Shown: piece by piece, positions 32,922 through 41,861 of the stretch
How positions within the stretch are numbered: the stretch's first letter is position 1
How the letters are laid out: each line of letters opens with the position of its first letter
Source of the DNA: a virus
Taxonomy: Duplodnaviria > Heunggongvirae > Uroviricota > Caudoviricetes
Reading direction: 5' to 3' (one strand)
Length of the DNA: 64,000 bases
Virus record (IMG/VR): IMGVR_UViG_3300046506_000279
Made by a program: the position numbers and the translations under genes
The notes under the pieces: generated by a model
Told to the model about the DNA's origin: nothing
Database searches by the model: none
What the model saw: only the letters and a program-made list of their open reading frames with translations

Positions 32922-34145
32922 TCATTGCGCGTGCGGCACCACCGTGTTGCGCAGGTACGATTTCAGGTCCAGGCCTTCGGGCTTGGTGCGCTTGGGCTCG
33001 GGCGGCGGCAGTGCGGTGATCCGGCTCTGGCTGGCGGGCGGGGGCGGCTTGCCGCCGTTGGCCAGCGCGGCGTCGATGCGGGCCTTGAAGGCGGGCATCT
33101 GCTCGCCCATGTTCGGGGTCAAGCCCAGTTCGGTGCCCTTGGCCAGGGTGGCGGGGTCGCTGGCCCACCACGCGCCGCCGCTCGGCTTGGGGGCGGTGGC
33201 GCCGGCCAGGTCGAGCTTGGCGGCGTCGGCCTTCCAGCGCTTCAGGATGCCCAGCACGTAGACCATGCCGATCGCCTCGTCGGGCCGGGCGCGGCGCGCT
33301 TCCTCGCAGGCGGCCTGCACGGTGTCGGGGGTGATGCCCTGCGCCGCCAGCGCCACCAGCTGCGGGTGGCCGGGGTTGGCGTTGATGCCGAACTTGCGCA
33401 TGGCAATCGACAGGTCGGCCGGGCTGAATCCGGTCTGGCCCAGCACGGCCGGTGGCGGCGTTGTCGGCGGCGGCGGGTCTGGCTCGCTCGCTGGCGCGCC
33501 CGCGGCTTGGGGTTTTCCTGCTCCTGTTCCTGTTCCTGTTCCTGTTCCTGATTCGGGGATGTCTTTGGGTAAGGCTTCGGGTAAGGCTTCGGGTAAGGCT
33601 TCCGCTAAGGCTTTCGGTAAGGCTTGCGGCAAGGCTTCCGGCAAGGGTTTGGGGGAGGGTGGCGTTGGCTTTTGTGGCAGCGCCGCCGCCTCGCCACCCT
33701 GGCCTTCGTCGAAGGCGGCCAGGAAGGTCGGTCCCATGTCGGCCACGGTCTGGCGGATGTGGGCCAGCGCTTCGGTTTTCAGCGCGCAGTCGGGCAGCAG
33801 GGCCAGTTCGGCGCGCCAGCTGCGCACCACGTTCGGGCTTTCCGGCAGGTTGTGCTTCATGGCGTTGGGCAGCCACACCAGCCGCGCTTTCCAGTCGGCG
33901 CGCACCATGCTGCGGGCCTCCAGCTCGGCGTAGTGGGTGTAGAAGTCCTCCAGCGGCCACTCCAGTTCCTCGGCCATGGCGGCGCGGCCGGCGCGGTACA
34001 GGCCGGGGATGGGGCCGGTCTGGGGGCCGGTCAGCAGGAAGAACCACAGCAGCTTGGCCAGCGAGCTCAGTTCGCGGAAGTTGTCGTCGGTCCAAGTTTT
34101 CACCTGCACCTTGCGGTAGCGGCCCTGTTGTTTTTGGTGGCTCAT
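32922..34145 (-). CDS. putative replication-associated protein with low-complexity Pro/Ala/Gly linker (407 aa)
   Basis: N-terminal WTDDNFRELSSLAKLLWFFLLTGPQTGPIPGLYRAGRAAMAEELEW... then EALPQALPKALAEALPEALPEALPKD...GTGTGTGAG, then a C-terminal helical domain (MVYVLGILKRWKADAAK). The replisome-organiser-like assignment is tentative. Confidence 0.4.
   Translation of the reverse strand: MSHQKQQGRYRKVQVKTWTDDNFRELSSLAKLLWFFLLTGPQTGPIPGLYRAGRAAMAEELEWPLEDFYTHYAELEARSMVRADWKARLVWLPNAMKHNLPESPNVVRSWRAELALLPDCALKTEALAHIRQTVADMGPTFLAAFDEGQGGEAAALPQKPTPPSPKPLPEALPQALPKALAEALPEALPEALPKDIPESGTGTGTGTGAGKPQAAGAPASEPDPPPPTTPPPAVLGQTGFSPADLSIAMRKFGINANPGHPQLVALAAQGITPDTVQAACEEARRARPDEAIGMVYVLGILKRWKADAAKLDLAGATAPKPSGGAWWASDPATLAKGTELGLTPNMGEQMPAFKARIDAALANGGKPPPPASQSRITALPPPEPKRTKPEGLDLKSYLRNTVVPHAQ
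33520..33652. repeat. intragenic short tandem repeats (6-mer and 12-mer)
   Basis: cctgtt occurs 4.5 times, then ggtaaggcttcg three times plus four degenerate copies. These encode the EALP/GTG linker of the 407-aa protein. Confidence 0.7.
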
Positions 34146-34152
34146 GGTCTGC

Positions 34153-34539
34153 TCAGTAATAGGGGCGCGGTTCGGTGGTCAGGGGCGCCAGCCACAGTTG
34201 CTGCTGTTGCTGTTTCTTGCGGGTGCGGGCGCGGCGCTGGGCCTTCACCTGGTCCCAGGCACCGGTGGTCTTGGCGTGGTCCTTCCAGCGTTTCTGGATC
34301 ACGCTCTTGTCCTGCGCGATGCGCGGCGGCGGCAGCGGGGCGTCGGGGCCGGGGCCGGCGGCGTACACCGGGTAGAACGGGCCGTGGCCGAGGTCGGCCC
34401 AGCGGTCGATGTGGCAGTCGCCGGCGGCGTGCCGCTCGCTCACCTGCCTGGCCACGGTGGCGCGGGCCAGGCCGGTGCGGCGCTGCAGTTCGGCGCGCAT
34501 GCCGGGCATGGCGGCCAGGATGGCGGCGGCGGTGCTCAT
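34153..34539 (-). CDS. HTH DNA-binding protein (128 aa)
   Basis: MSTAAAILAAMPGMRAELQRRTGLARATVARQVSERH... with an ATGA overlap with the upstream gene. Confidence 0.45.
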   Translation of the reverse strand: MSTAAAILAAMPGMRAELQRRTGLARATVARQVSERHAAGDCHIDRWADLGHGPFYPVYAAGPGPDAPLPPPRIAQDKSVIQKRWKDHAKTTGAWDQVKAQRRARTRKKQQQQQLWLAPLTTEPRPYY

Positions 34540-35123
34540 GCGGCAGCTGCCTGCGCGCTGGCGCGTTGCTGCGCCTCGCGCGCGTCCACGATCTTGACCG
34601 CCTCGGCGTAGGCGGCGCCCCACTGGTTCGGGGTGGCCTCGGCCACGCGGCGGCGGATCCAGTCGATCGCGCTGCGGGCGGCGGCGGTGTCGTGCTGGTC
34701 GAACAGGTGGCCATCCTCGATCTTGATGGCCAGGTCGCGCAGCCCGGTCGGGATGCTGCCCCAGGTGAAATTGCGCGCCACCAGCTCCAGCATCATGGTC
34801 ATCGACAGGATCGCCTGGCCGATCGGCACCCAGTCGCGGTCTTCGTCGGACCAGAACACCGGCTTGCCGTCGTCGTCGACCGCTGCTTCGCCGGTGGTCT
34901 CGACGTCGTGCAGGAAGCCTTCCAGCGGCGCCATCACTTCGTCGATCTTGTGCTGGTTCAGTTCGTGGCCCAGCGGCAGCGCGTTGCGCCAGCTGGTCAG
35001 GGTGTTGCGGCGCTCGATCTCGCGCTGCTCGGCCACGGCGAAGGCGCGCGCCACGTTGGGCACGGTCACGCTGGTCTGGCGCCGTTCGCCGCGGCGGCGG
35101 TTGGGTTTTTTATTACCTGCCAT
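34536..35123 (-). CDS. hypothetical protein (195 aa)
   Basis: MAGNKKPNRRRGERRQTSVTVPNVARAFAVAEQREIERRN... Confidence 0.45.
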   Translation of the reverse strand: MAGNKKPNRRRGERRQTSVTVPNVARAFAVAEQREIERRNTLTSWRNALPLGHELNQHKIDEVMAPLEGFLHDVETTGEAAVDDDGKPVFWSDEDRDWVPIGQAILSMTMMLELVARNFTWGSIPTGLRDLAIKIEDGHLFDQHDTAAARSAIDWIRRRVAEATPNQWGAAYAEAVKIVDAREAQQRASAQAAAA

Positions 35124-35694
35124 GGTCTACCTTGTACTGTTCTGGGTCCGGCAGCGGCTGGCCGTGCAGCAGGGTGTTGCGGGTCAACTCGAGCAGCGCG
35201 TATTCGCTGCCGTAGGCGGCCACGAAGCGGGCGCGGTCGGGGTGGCGGCTGATCTGGGCCGGGTCGGTCGAGTGCTGGTGGTGGCCGGGGTCGCACAGGC
35301 CGATGGTATGCTGGTGGCCCAGGCGGCGCCCGCCCTCGACGATGTGATGCACGGCGCACGGCACGTAGCCGCGCCCCTGCAGGCGGCACACGATGCAGCC
35401 CAGCTGGGCCACGGCGGCCATCCAGCGGCGGTCGGCGGCGGTGGGGGCCACCTTTTTCGGTTTCAGGGTGCTGCGCGCGGCCAGCGGCGGCGGGGTGGCG
35501 CCGGTGTCCGGCTGCGGGTCGCTCTGGTGGCGCGTGCGCAGGGTGTTCTGGCCGGCGCGGTTGGGGGCGCCCTGGCTGGGGCGCAGTTGGGTGCGCTTTA
35601 GCTCGCTGGTGCCGCGCGCCAGCGGGGTGCCGCGCGCCAGCGGGGTGGTGCTGGTCAGGCGCTTGGTGCCGGGTTTCAGGGCGGTGGTTTTCAT
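35113..35694 (-). CDS. HNH-type nuclease (RecA-dependent nuclease Ref / DUF968-like)
   Basis: ...WMAAVAQLGCIVCRLQGRGYVPCAVHHIVEGGRRLGHQHTIGLCDPGHHQHS. It has the CxxC...HH...C..HH metal-binding pattern. Start is the internal ATG of ORF 35113..35787. Confidence 0.5.
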   Translation of the reverse strand: MKTTALKPGTKRLTSTTPLARGTPLARGTSELKRTQLRPSQGAPNRAGQNTLRTRHQSDPQPDTGATPPPLAARSTLKPKKVAPTAADRRWMAAVAQLGCIVCRLQGRGYVPCAVHHIVEGGRRLGHQHTIGLCDPGHHQHSTDPAQISRHPDRARFVAAYGSEYALLELTRNTLLHGQPLPDPEQYKVDHGR

Positions 35695-36773
35695 TCGCAC
35701 AACCCATAGGAAGATGCGCAGGCGGTCGGTTCTTCCAGCGCGGTGAGCAGGGAGAATTGTTTGCCGCCGCGGCTGGTCGTTGACCACTCGATCACGGCGT
35801 AGATATTATTGCTTTCGGAATAAGCTTTGATGTCACCCACTTGCTTGCCGCGTGATGGCGCCGGGATGAACGACGAGGCGGAGCGTTTCGATGCCAGCCC
35901 GACCAGTTTTTCCCATTCCGCGATGCGGTCCACATGTGCAGGGAAGCGCAGGGCGATTTCCTTCAGTTCGTCCTTGGCAGCGTTGATGCACGGCATGCAA
36001 CCCACCCGGCCCATCCCCTGCTTGTACAGCGGGTTCGGCTCGATGCCCTTGCTTGCGCAGTAGGCAAAGACGTCCATGGCGGTCCATTCCACCAGTGGCC
36101 GGAAAATGTACAGGCCACCGCCGACCGCCTCAAACTTCCTGGCGTTGCGCCGGTTCAGCGATTCATCGCGGCGCACGCCCTGCCAGCTGACCACTGTGTG
36201 CCCCTGCTCCATCAAGGCGATCTGGTAGCTTACCGCAGGGTCGCGCTTCAGCTGTTCGGTGCAGAACTGCGCCTTGCGCGAGGGGAAGCGGCCTTTCCAC
36301 AGGCACAGGTCCAGATACGGGTTGCCGGTCGGGTACAGCACGGCCAGCGCGCGGCGCTTGGCCTTGTTGGTCCAGCGCACCTTGTGGCCGCCGCCGATTT
36401 TCACGGTTTTCTGTACCGGCTTGCCTTTCTTGTCGAGCACGATCACCCCGCAGCCGTCGCGCTTTGGCACCGGCGTGATGCCGTCGGCCTCGAACACGGG
36501 CCTGGTGTCGTACTGGCGCCGCACGCGCTGGTCGCGCGCGATGAACTGGCGCTTGGCGGCGATCTCGGCGCTGAAGTCGGCCTTCAGGCGCACAATCGTC
36601 ACGCCGGTGGCCTGCTCGAGGTAATCCAGGTAGGCATACACGGCGTCATGTTCGTTGCCGGTGTCGCAGAAGATGCCGCGCACGCGGTGCAGGCCGAAGC
36701 GCGTGATCGCCAGCAGCAGGGTGGCGGCGCTGTCCTTGCCGCCGGAAACGGACACGACGTGGATGATACTCAT
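35691..36773 (-). CDS. PAPS-reductase-like / PP-loop ATP pyrophosphatase family protein
   Basis: MSIIHVVSVSGGKDSAATLLLA... has the SGGxDS PP-loop motif. C-terminal CMPC. 360 aa, typical of the phage phosphoadenosine-phosphosulfate-reductase family. Confidence 0.7.
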   Translation of the reverse strand: MSIIHVVSVSGGKDSAATLLLAITRFGLHRVRGIFCDTGNEHDAVYAYLDYLEQATGVTIVRLKADFSAEIAAKRQFIARDQRVRRQYDTRPVFEADGITPVPKRDGCGVIVLDKKGKPVQKTVKIGGGHKVRWTNKAKRRALAVLYPTGNPYLDLCLWKGRFPSRKAQFCTEQLKRDPAVSYQIALMEQGHTVVSWQGVRRDESLNRRNARKFEAVGGGLYIFRPLVEWTAMDVFAYCASKGIEPNPLYKQGMGRVGCMPCINAAKDELKEIALRFPAHVDRIAEWEKLVGLASKRSASSFIPAPSRGKQVGDIKAYSESNNIYAVIEWSTTSRGGKQFSLLTALEEPTACASSYGLCE

Positions 36774-37234
36774 CGGGCAAGCCCCAGCGTCTGGGCGATC
36801 ACGTTGTCGAGGTCGGCCTTGTTGTAGGTCGGCAGGATGTGTTTCAGCACCACGTCGATCAGGGCCGAAAACAGCGCTTCGCGGGTCGGCGCTTCCATGC
36901 TGTCGAAGGCCAGGCTCTGGGCGTTCAGGCGGGTGTTGCCGTCCGGGTCGGTGTAGCGCTCGTAGTAGCCGGCCAGAATCACCAGGTCTTTTCTGAGCTG
37001 GTTGAATTCCTTTTCGATCACGTAGCCCAGGTAGCGCGGGCCGGTCGGCTGCCAGGCGTCGAAGGCCAGGTTAAACAGCACCATCATCTTGCGGTGCAGG
37101 GCGATGTCGTTGGCTTCCTCGTAGCGCACCAGCACGCCGGCACCGCGCTTGATGCGGTCGAGCAGGGCGGCGCTCTGGGCATCGGCCGGCAGCAGGGTGT
37201 TGTTGGCGGCTTTGATCAGGACCAGTTCAGGCAT
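36770..37234 (-). CDS. DUF1367-like phage protein (154 aa)
   Basis: [40 protein letters not shown]... The family assignment is from recall only. Confidence 0.4.
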   Translation of the reverse strand: MPELVLIKAANNTLLPADAQSAALLDRIKRGAGVLVRYEEANDIALHRKMMVLFNLAFDAWQPTGPRYLGYVIEKEFNQLRKDLVILAGYYERYTDPDGNTRLNAQSLAFDSMEAPTREALFSALIDVVLKHILPTYNKADLDNVIAQTLGLAR

Positions 37235-38237
37235 GGAAAGCGCTCCCGTCCATCACGGCCTGCACCCAGACGGTGGCGGCCTCGACGTTCACGGCGTTGC
37301 CGTAGCCGCGCAGGCTGCCCTTTCGGTAGGCTTTGGCGCGTCGCAGGCTTGCGCCATCAAGTCCTGCCAGCTCCGCCAGTCGGCGTAGCCCGGGGCCGAG
37401 TGATCCCATGCCGGTGGCAAGCCCATCAGCCAGCGGGGATGAGCCGGGTTCAACTGGCCGCCATTTGCCATCCGTGCAGCCGAGCCAGTCAGCAGCTCGC
37501 CAGTAGCCGTTAATCGGGCCGGGCCGTTCAGTGTCAGGCATGCCACCGCCGCCAGGTCCGGCCCATGGTTGCGCATCGCTTCCGCGAGCGCGCCCGCCGT
37601 CGTGCGCACCCCTTTTTCCGCCAGCGATGCGGTGGGCGTGGGCCAGCCCGTCAGCCACGCCACCCGCCCTAGCAGCGCGTTGATCGGCACGTTGTCGCAC
37701 AGGGCGCCGTCCTTCCAGTCGCGGGTCGTCGGCGTTGCCCACCCAGTAATTGCGGTCTCGGATGTGCGGCGCACCGACGCTCGCAGACGGGAACGGGATG
37801 GCCCCGAAGGCGTAACCCAGGCCTTCCATGTCAGCGTGTACAAGGTCGATCCAAGGGTCTGCGTCCTTGCTCGCAACCTGCTCTCCAACGACTTCTGTAG
37901 GGCGGTGCTCCTGGATGAGGTGGAGGAAGGATGGCCATAGGTGCCGCTCGTCAGCAAACCCAGCGCCTTCGCCTGCCGCGCTGAAAGGTTGGCACGGACA
38001 GGAACCGGTCCAAACAGGTCGATCGTCGCCCCAACCGGCACGCCGGAGCGCAAGGGACCAGACGCCGATGCCGGCGAAAAAGTGGCACTGGGTAAAGCCG
38101 CGCAGGTCGGCGGGATGGACATCCTCGATGCTCCTGGTGTCGACCACGCCCGGCGCGATGTGGCCGGCCGCGATCAGGTTTTGCAGCCACTCGGCCGCGT
38201 ATTTGTCGTACTCGTTGTAGTAGGCGGTGGCGCTCAT
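37227..38237 (-). CDS. DNA (cytosine-5)-methyltransferase
   Basis: Motif I ([12 protein letters not shown]), motif IV ([12 protein letters not shown]) and a C-terminal GNAVNV. It has an unusually Gly/Arg-rich insert in the middle. Confidence 0.75.
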   Translation of the reverse strand: MSATAYYNEYDKYAAEWLQNLIAAGHIAPGVVDTRSIEDVHPADLRGFTQCHFFAGIGVWSLALRRAGWGDDRPVWTGSCPCQPFSAAGEGAGFADERHLWPSFLHLIQEHRPTEVVGEQVASKDADPWIDLVHADMEGLGYAFGAIPFPSASVGAPHIRDRNYWVGNADDPRLEGRRPVRQRADQRAARAGGVADGLAHAHRIAGGKRGAHDGGRARGSDAQPWAGPGGGGMPDTERPGPINGYWRAADWLGCTDGKWRPVEPGSSPLADGLATGMGSLGPGLRRLAELAGLDGASLRRAKAYRKGSLRGYGNAVNVEAATVWVQAVMDGSAFHA

Positions 38238-38626
38238 GCCTTCCCCTTGGGCGGCCCGAACAGATACGCATCCAGTTCGGCGCGCTGCGGCGGCGCCAGC
38301 TGGGGCGGGGCGCCCAGGTTGATCTGGCTGCGCTTATGGGGGCGCTGGGGCGCCGGCAGCGGCACGTCGGTGGCCAGCGGGCCGCGCCCGGGCACCACTT
38401 CGAAGCTGCCCAGGTGCGAGCCGGTCACGCCGCCTTGCGCGCGCTCCATCCTGATGCGACCCAGTTCGCGCAAGAGCAACGTGTAGTTGTTCAGGGTCGG
38501 CGCCTTGATCGCCAGCGCGGTGCCGATCTGCTGCGCGCTGCACTGGGGGTTGGCGGCAATGAAGGCTTCCACCCGTTCGATGGCGCGCAGCTTGCCGGGC
38601 GAAATCAGGTCTTTGAGCGCTTGCAT
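38234..38626 (-). CDS. hypothetical protein (130 aa)
   Basis: MQALKDLISPGKLRAIERVEAFIAANPQCSAQQIGTALAIKAPT..., ATGA-coupled to the MTase. Confidence 0.45.
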   Translation of the reverse strand: MQALKDLISPGKLRAIERVEAFIAANPQCSAQQIGTALAIKAPTLNNYTLLLRELGRIRMERAQGGVTGSHLGSFEVVPGRGPLATDVPLPAPQRPHKRSQINLGAPPQLAPPQRAELDAYLFGPPKGKA

Positions 38627-38682
38627 GTCAGTTCGCTATCACGGTGCGGGTGTTGCTGGAGTCCATGCCGGCCTCACGTTCG

Positions 38683-38880
38683 TTAGCGCGGTTGCAGGGT
38701 TTGTTGCGCCGTGTGCAGTTGCCGCAGCCGGTTCTCAATGTAAAATGACGTGCGCGTGCCGCGCTTGCCGGTCGCGATCATTGAGATCGTGCTGGGCGAG
38801 CAGTCCACCAGCTTGGCCAGGTCGTCGTGGGTGCGGCCGGGGGCCAGCAAGGCCAGTACCACTGTTTTTAAGTCATCCAT
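38683..38880 (-). CDS. Cro-like small HTH repressor (65 aa)
   Basis: MDDLKTVVLALLAPGRTHDDLAKLVDCSPSTISMIATGKRGTR... It is divergent from the cI-like gene. There is no SD, so it is possibly leaderless. Confidence 0.55.
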   Translation of the reverse strand: MDDLKTVVLALLAPGRTHDDLAKLVDCSPSTISMIATGKRGTRTSFYIENRLRQLHTAQQTLQPR

Positions 38881-38965
38881 ACGGTATAATACTCACATAC
38901 GTGAAATGGTTTGACAAGAGGTTCTTCACGTATCCACGTAAAAAGTGTCTGACAGAGTGAATTTC
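38881..38965. promoter_or_regulatory. cI/cro-type divergent operator-promoter region
   Basis: Perfect TATAAT at 38885-38890 and perfect TTGACA at 38911-38916. There are 9-bp inverted repeats ATACGTGAA (38897-38905) and TTCACGTAT (38925-38933), plus related ATACGG and CCACGTA half-sites. Confidence 0.55.
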
Positions 38966-39388
38966 ATGATGAATACGGAAACAATCGGCGCCACGATCGC
39001 CGAGCGCTGCGTCTGGGCGCGTAACCGGCTCGGCCTGTCCCAAAAGGAACTGGCGCATCTGGCCGGAGTCTCGCCGGGGCTGGTCGGCAACCTCGAAACC
39101 GGCCGCGGCCAGACCGTGCGGCGCCTGACGGCGCTGGCGCGCGTGCTGCGCGTCGATCCGGTCTGGCTGGCCGAGGGAACCGGCACGGTCGTCCCGGTGG
39201 CCGAAGCGCAGCGTGCCGACTGGCTCGACCGGCTGCAGCTCAGCGAGGCCGAATTCGCGCGCGCGCTCGACTGGCTGCTTGCTTGGCGCGAGGCCGAACC
39301 GGCCACCCGCGATCTGATCGACAGCGCGTTCGCGGTGGCGGCTGGCGAACGGCGCGCCGCAGCACCGGCGCAGCAGCGGCGCGCCTAG
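38966..39388 (+). CDS. CI-like XRE-family HTH repressor (no peptidase domain)
   Basis: MMNTETIGATIAERCVWARNRLGLSQKELAHLAGVSPGLVGNLETGRGQTVRRLTALARVL... The track's alternative start is the GTG at 38945. Confidence 0.6.
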   Translation: MMNTETIGATIAERCVWARNRLGLSQKELAHLAGVSPGLVGNLETGRGQTVRRLTALARVLRVDPVWLAEGTGTVVPVAEAQRADWLDRLQLSEAEFARALDWLLAWREAEPATRDLIDSAFAVAAGERRAAAPAQQRRA

Positions 39389-39392
39389 CGCC

Positions 39393-39566
39393 CTAGTTCG
39401 GCACCAGCCGCAGCACCGGCTGGGCCGGGTGGCGCGCGGCCAGTTCGTGCGCCAGCTTCAGCACCAGGTGGCGGTGCGAGGGCGCCACCGCCGCCACTGC
39501 CGCCAGCACTTGTTCCGCGACCCCCGGCACCTGTCCGGCGCGCGCGATTTCCTGTACGACGATCAT
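39393..39566 (-). CDS. small hypothetical protein (57 aa)
   Basis: MIVVQEIARAGQVPGVAEQVLAAVAAVAPSHRHLV... with a GGAG SD. It is convergent with the cI-like gene. Low confidence. Confidence 0.3.
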   Translation of the reverse strand: MIVVQEIARAGQVPGVAEQVLAAVAAVAPSHRHLVLKLAHELAARHPAQPVLRLVPN

Positions 39567-39991
39567 GCCTGCTGCTCCTGGCGGTGGGGTCCATCGCCTG
39601 TTGAAACGAAATAATCGGACAGGATTGACTTCCGGTTTGATCGGTGTCAACACCTGTAGGAGCAATCCTACTATGTCGCTGGGATTTTGCCTACTCTACC
39701 GCAAAGCAACATGTGTTGCCTGTTGCGTGTTTACCCATTCAAGGCTTGCCGGTTACGCTTGACTTCGCTACTCATATACGTGAGGATTTGAGCGTGCCTT
39801 GTCCAGTGCCGTGTTCCGCCGGGGGTCATCATGTATGGCAGCAAAGAGCAATTCCGTGCATTCGTCGCCGGCGGCTATGCCGGCGCCCTGAGTTTCCAGC
39901 AGTACCTGGCGCTGGCTGGCGTGCTGCCGCCGGTCAACCGCCGCGCTGGCCGGCGCCGCCCGCCCCCTTAATTCTTTTCCGAAGGTCTGCC

Positions 39992-40477
39992 ATGGATTCC
40001 ACCCGCAGCACGGGGCTGCCCGCCGCCGCGCCGTTGCCGTCTGCCGCCTACTGGCGCGCCGCGCTCGAGGACGAATACCGGCTGGCCCAGCTGCTGCGCT
40101 GGGGCAACCTGGCGCGGCCCGAGGCGGTCGACGGCAGCTTCATGCTGATGGGTACCAACGGCAGCGCGCCCGGCGCCAACCCGCGGCTCGCGCGCACCTT
40201 CCTGCCACGCTGGCGCCGCAACTGGGCCAGCGCCGGCGAACTGGTGGCGCTGTGCGGGCTCAACCTGCAGCAGGGGCCGGAAACGGTGGCCGTCAGCGCC
40301 CGCATGGGCTATCCGGTGGTGGCGCGCTTTGCCGATTTTCCCAGCCATGACGCGGCCATCTGGTTTGCGCTGTGCCATGCGGCGATCGGCTACCTGGAAG
40401 CGCAGGCAACCGTGCAGGACGCCACCCGGGCGGCCCAGCTGGCGCAGCGCGCGGCCGGCAACGGGGCGCGCGCATGA
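39992..40477 (+). CDS. hypothetical protein (161 aa)
   Basis: MDSTRSTGLPAAAPLPSAAYWRAALEDEYRLAQLLRWGNLARP... This is the internal ATG of ORF 39644..40477. Confidence 0.45.
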   Translation: MDSTRSTGLPAAAPLPSAAYWRAALEDEYRLAQLLRWGNLARPEAVDGSFMLMGTNGSAPGANPRLARTFLPRWRRNWASAGELVALCGLNLQQGPETVAVSARMGYPVVARFADFPSHDAAIWFALCHAAIGYLEAQATVQDATRAAQLAQRAAGNGARA

Positions 40478-41040
40478 GCAGCCTGTTCCAGATCACCGAT
40501 GCGCTGCGCCAGGCCTTGACGGCGCTGGCCGAACCGGCGCCGAACGACGATGCCACCAGTGACGACTACCAGCAGTGGCGCGCTGGGCAGCGCGAGGCCG
40601 AAGCGGTCGTGGCCCAACTCGACGTCGACCTCAAAGAGAAACTGCGCGCGTATGTGGCGCTGGCCCAGGAACTGAAGGTCCAGCGCGAAGTGCGCGAGGC
40701 CGCGCTGGACCGCATCAACGCCAACGTGATCAAGCCGATCCAGCTGGCGATCGCGCGCGACAGCGCCAAGGAAGACTGGCTGTTGGCCACCGCGCAGGCG
40801 GTGATCGTCCAGCATGGCCTGGCGCTGCCGCTCAAGTACACCGAATTCACGGTCAGCCGCCGCAAGAGCCCGCCAAGGTGCGAAGTGCTGGACGTCAACG
40901 CGCTGCCGCCCGACTACCTGCGCCTGGTGCCGGCCGTGCTCGAGCCGGACCGGAAAAAAATCCTGTCCGAACTCAAAGAGGGCGTGATCATCCCCGGCGC
41001 CGCCTTGGCACCCGTTACCTATTCGCTGACCGTCAAATGA
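40474..41040 (+). CDS. Gp157-family (Sipho_Gp157-like) recombination accessory protein
   Basis: MSSLFQITDALRQALTALAEPAPND..., then coiled-coil, 188 aa. It has the LYELT-type N-terminus and is ATGA-coupled to the downstream annealase. Confidence 0.55.
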   Translation: MSSLFQITDALRQALTALAEPAPNDDATSDDYQQWRAGQREAEAVVAQLDVDLKEKLRAYVALAQELKVQREVREAALDRINANVIKPIQLAIARDSAKEDWLLATAQAVIVQHGLALPLKYTEFTVSRRKSPPRCEVLDVNALPPDYLRLVPAVLEPDRKKILSELKEGVIIPGAALAPVTYSLTVK

Positions 41041-41843
41041 ACGACACCACCATTCCCGATCCCGCCCCGGCCCCGGCCAGACGCCCCAACCAGGCCCAGC
41101 GCCGTGCGCTGGCCAGGCTGCGGGTGCCGTTCCCGGCGCACCAGGTCAGTACCAAACCGGTGCCGTACCGCGCCAATTCGCCGGCCGACTGGTGCCCGGA
41201 ATGCGGCGAGTGGCACGCCTTGCCGGCCCAGCATTTATCGTTCGTCGGCCATGCGGCGCTGACCCACCGCCTGCTCGACGTCGATCCCGAATGGCACTGG
41301 GAACCGCTGGCGACGGACGCGCGCGGCTTGCCGGCCTATGACGACAGCGGCGGCTTGTGGATCCGCTTGAGCGTGTGCGGCATCACCCGCCTTGGCTATG
41401 GCGATTCACCCAATAAGTTCGGCGGCAACGCGGTCAAGGAACGGATTGGCGACGCCCTGCGCAATGCCGGCATGCGCTTCGGCATGGCGCTCGAACTGTG
41501 GCACAAGGGCGGCGCGCTCGAGGCCGAGGCGGCACCGGCACCGGCAGCTGCCACCGTGGCGGCCAGCGCCGCGGCCGTGGTGCCGCTGACGGCCGACGAC
41601 GTCGCCGCAGTGCTGGCCGCGCTGGCGGCGGCGGCCGACCTGGCGGCGCTCAAGGCCGCGTTCGGCGATGTGTGGAGCCGGGCCGACGAGGCCCAGCGCA
41701 TCACGCTCAAGGCCGCCTACGATGCGCGCAAGCTCGTGGTCGACCCGGTGGTGTCGCTGGCCGGGCCGGCCACGGTCGGGCCAGCCACGGTCGGGCCGGT
41801 GGTGCCGGCTGCGGCGCCGGCGCGGCGGGTGCGGCGCGGGTAG
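41037..41843 (+). CDS. single-strand annealing protein (Rad52/Sak-like)
   Basis: GNAVKERIGDALRNAGMRFGMALELW matches the Rad52-family K..(S/G)DA(L/F)(K/R)(R/N)A...FG(I/M)(G/A)..L(Y/W) signature. It also has a CPECGEW Zn-ribbon insert. It is adjacent to Gp157. Confidence 0.6.
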   Translation: MNDTTIPDPAPAPARRPNQAQRRALARLRVPFPAHQVSTKPVPYRANSPADWCPECGEWHALPAQHLSFVGHAALTHRLLDVDPEWHWEPLATDARGLPAYDDSGGLWIRLSVCGITRLGYGDSPNKFGGNAVKERIGDALRNAGMRFGMALELWHKGGALEAEAAPAPAAATVAASAAAVVPLTADDVAAVLAALAAAADLAALKAAFGDVWSRADEAQRITLKAAYDARKLVVDPVVSLAGPATVGPATVGPVVPAAAPARRVRRG

Positions 41844-41861
41844 CGGGTTTACTTGGCGCAG

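Noticed and set aside
31491-35252. ORFs 31491..32720(+), 32659..34095(-), 33624..35252(+), 33452..34159(+)
   Set aside because: Off-frame or antisense to the SPFH and 407-aa genes. Arg/Pro-rich artefacts.
37289-38122. ORF 37289..38122(-) inside the MTase gene
   Set aside because: Alternate frame. The true frame carries the FxGxG and PCQ C5-MTase motifs.
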